Below are positions 60,630 to 64,000 of a stretch of 64,000 nt of DNA, in pieces (position 1 is the stretch's first letter; the number at the start of each line of letters is the position of its first letter). The position numbers and the translations under genes were made by a program. The notes below the pieces were generated by a model. It was not told the origin of the DNA. It saw nothing but the letters and a program-made list of their open reading frames with translations, and did no database searches. Source of the stretch: Eledone cirrhosa (Eukaryota); assembly GCA_964016885.1 (NCBI GenBank), contig CAXHJY010000244.1, positions 13,091 to 77,090 on the forward strand, given 5' to 3'.

Positions 60630-63440
60630 CAGGATAACAAGGTGTCGAGATGTTTCTTAAAGACATCCACCTCCACGTCATGCAAGTCTCTCAGATGCCT
60701 CGGCAGCCTGTTGAAGAGTTGAGGGCCCTTGAATCCCAGGCTATTGCAATACCTGCTCCTTATTCTAGATGTGGAAGACGGGATCTTTGGCACCACACAG
60801 TGACGTCCTGTTCGACGGTTGGTCCAGCTCCCAATGCCAAAGTTTGGTGCTAATCCCTCCAGGATTTTCCACATGTAGATCACTGCGTATCTCTCCCGTC
60901 TTCGCTCCAAGGAGTAGAGGTTCAGTTCCTTTAGCCTCTCCCAGTAGCTTGTCTCCCTCATCTTGGCAATCCTCTTGGTGTAGCTTCGCTGGATTGCCTC
61001 AAGCTCCGTGGTTAGTTTGACACTATGGGGTGACCACAACTGGGAGCAGTAGTCCAGGCGGCTTAGGACAAAAGTCCTCCACAGTGTCAACATGGTGTCT
61101 CGATCTCTTGTCCGGAAAGTCCTCAAGATCCAGCCAGCGAGTCGTCTGCATGTTGTCGCCACTTTCATGATGTGTGAAGAAAAAGATGCATCATCGCTCA
61201 TGTCTATACCCAGGTCTCGTATCGATTTTGACACGGGGATATCGGTCCCTCCTGGTCCTGTGTAGCTGTGTTCCACTATATTTGTGTTTGCAGGTTTGTA
61301 TTGTCGGGCTTGGAATTTGCCAGCATTAAACTGCATGTTGTTTTCTTCCGCCCATCTGTATATGGCATCCAGATCCTGCTGTAAAAGGGCAGCGTCAGCC
61401 GGGTTTTTGATTGCCTGTGCTACCTTAGTGTCATCAGCATAGCTAGTGAGGGATGTTGTTGCATGCACCACAGAGGGCATGTCCGAGAGAGCCACCAAAA
61501 ACAGTAGTGGTCCCAGGACTGTCCCCTGGGGCACCCCACTTGTTATCGGTGTTTCCCTCGAGAGGGCCCCATTTGCTGCGACTGCCTGGCTTCTGTCCCT
61601 TAGGAAGCCATGCAGCCACTCACCTACTTTTCCAGTTATGCCGAGTCCGTGTAGTTTGTGACATATCATTCCGTGGTCGACCTTGTCAAAGGCCTTCGCA
61701 AAGTCAAGATATATCACGTCCACATGTGAGCTGTCTAGTAGTTGTCTCAGTACCCAGTCGTAGTGATGTAGCAGCTGTGTAAGACAGCTTCTTCTTGGGC
61801 GGAAGCCATGTTGCGTGCTAGTCAGGCGGTCATTTTCTTCGAGGAAAGTGATTAGTTTCTTTCTGACGACTCGCTCCATGACCTTACTGATATGCGACGT
61901 CAGGGTGACTGACCTATAGTTCTTGGCCTCCGCTCTACTACCTTCTTTATGGATAGGGCATATTGTGCCTTCTTTCAGCTCCCTGGGTAGTACACCGCTA
62001 ACCAAGGAGCTTCTGAAGGGCATCTTCAGTGGAGTTGCTAAGGCCCGCTTACATATTTTTAGGAGAACTACTGGGAATCCATCAGGTCCAGCAGCCGAGT
62101 CTGTTCTAATTTCATCAATGGCGTACACCACATCCTCCTCCATTATGTCTATGTGGTTGATGGTTGCCATTTCTTGATGTAGTGTTGTGGCATCAAAGAA
62201 CTCCTCTGGCTTCGTTATTTGCATGTGCCTCAGTGGACATGTGAAGACACTTTTGTACTGTTCGTTCAGTATTTCACATATCTCTTGGGGATTTTCGGTT
62301 AATGAACCGTCCGTGTGGAAGAGTGGCCCAATCTTGCAGTGTACTGAGGCAGTTTCTTTTGCAAATTTAAAGAAGGCCTTAGGGTTTGTTTTAATCTTTT
62401 CTATGGCCCTGTTCTCTTTCTTTGCCCTCTTATTCTCATGTGAAAGTTTGAGTGCAATCTCGGTGTCAAGTAGTGCACGTTTCAAATAGGATTCCTTCTT
62501 GTTTTTGTTTTGTTGACTATTCAACTGGTTTGAGAGTTTAGTTCTACGTCTCAAGGATTTTCCTATCTCTGGGAATAAGATTTTTGTGTCTGTTTGCCTC
62601 TTTCTCCGGGACACACTTTTTGCATATGGTGTGTATCGTTGTCATGAAGTGTTGAAATTGTGTGTTAGTGTCTTGTGTGGCGGTGTTTTCACTCCATGTT
62701 TGCTTCCGGATTTCACTCTTAATCTTTTTCCAGTTAGCCTTGTAGAAGTTAAGGTTGGATAGCGTCCCGGAGCTTCTTGGCGGTTTTGTCTCTGTTGGTT
62801 CTCTTGGACCACATATCATTAGCTCTACTAAGTTATGATCCGAGAGAATTGTTGGTGTCACCTTTACATTGTGGATGAGCACTTCGTTGTTTGTAAAACA
62901 GAGGTCCAGGACATTTTCGCCTCTTGTTGGGAGGAGTATTGCTTGCTCCATGAACAGCCTGTGTGTGAGGGCCAGCAGGGATTCCGTCTGTCTCTGTTCT
63001 ATTGACGTCATTCCAGGGAGGAGGTGGCCCTCAGGCCATTTGACCTTTGGTAGGTTGAAGTCTCCCAGCAGTAGGATGTTGAGACCCTGGTCTAGTTTGT
63101 CAAGGACCTCATCTATCCTACTTAGGCTATCCTCAAATTTACCCTCATGACTGGGGGCATCGGGCGGCCGATATGTGACACATATTACTGTCTGTAGTTG
63201 CTTCATATGTATTATCAGTGTGTCACAGACTGAGTTTGAATGTGTCAACAGTACAATTGGTGTGACATCTTCACGGATATACAGAGCAACCCCACCATGA
63301 GTTCTCTCCTTCCTGTCCGAACGAAATACAGTATATTTCGGTATATGTATTTCTGCATCTGCTATACTGCTTGTCGGGTGCGGTTCGGTTAGTGCCATGC
63401 ATAGTGCTTGATTGCTTATGGCTAAGTCTCCCAAGTATGT
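60630..63440 (-). mobile_element. CR1/L2-group LINE ORF2 (APE endonuclease + reverse transcriptase), one frameshift, both ends disrupted
   Basis: APE motifs RSDR..GGVALY, YRPP, GDFN, LDL, SDH (62560-63440). RT motifs QHGFR, YLDFAKAFDKVDH, GVPQGTVLGPLLF, YADD and C-terminal SLERRRER (ORF 60614-62614). Frameshift near 62553. Confidence 0.95.
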
Positions 63441-63557
63441 ACATATATATATATACATATATATATATATACATGTATATAGTATATATATATACATGTA
63501 TATATAGTATATATACATACATATATATATATATACATACATATATATATATATTAC

Positions 63558-63590
<33 letters not shown>

Positions 63591-63747
63591 CATACATATA
63601 TATATATACATACATATATATATATATACATATATACATACATACATATATATATATATACATATATACAATACATACATATATATATACATATAATATA
63701 TATATATACATATATACATACATACATATATATATACATATATATAT

Positions 63748-64000
63748 ATGGTGGCTGCCAACTCGTTTTCGAGTACGGCCACTACTTTATATCCATGTAG
63801 GAGAACCCCTACCGATGCGCTGAACGAGTGTGACTTTTTAGTCCAGCCAGCGACTTGAAAACTCTGGTACAAACACTACACTTGTGACAATTATTGACAC
63901 ATAGTGCTGGGCCCATGGTAGCATGTGACGACAAGTGCAGAGAGATCTCCAGATATAAAGCAATGCCTGTGCCGTGAAGCTTTTATAGTGAGCAAAGGCA
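63748..64000 (-). mobile_element. ~594-bp RTE-related retroposon, copy 3 (3' part; runs off window)
   Basis: Near-identical to 10487-10740. Its TA tail (63441-63747) abuts the LINE endonuclease region. Confidence 0.85.

Noticed and set aside
62544-63872. 442-aa ORF as a single protein
   Set aside because: Chimeric read-through of retroposon 3' end, TA array and LINE endonuclease.

Overview
Eukaryotic, very AT-rich, repeat-dominated window, probably from an octopod cephalopod. That call rests on recalled similarity of the main tRNA-derived SINE to Octopus SINEs and was not verified by search. Kilobase-scale interrupted (TA)n arrays fill much of the window, and nearly all ORFs in the track are translations of simple repeats. 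One convincing host gene is present, an intronless class A GPCR (36477-37709, +). There is also a frameshifted APE+RT LINE (60630-63440, -), RTE and CRE-like LINE fragments, about 20 SINE copies, several MITEs and five minisatellite arrays. The most striking signal is in the short unique islands between (TA)n arrays. About 16 carry complete or degenerate type I hammerhead-ribozyme motifs (CUGANGA-stem II-GAAA-stem/loop III-UH-stem I) from many unrelated sequence families. Many islands are fold-back palindromes that pivot on ribozyme stem II and rejoin the TA array at an internal TA microhomology. This suggests a population of (TA)n-targeting, ribozyme-bearing, non-autonomous retroelements (Penelope pseudo-LTR or retrozyme-like) with a recurrent snap-back integration mode. 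All RNA folds were assigned by eye.
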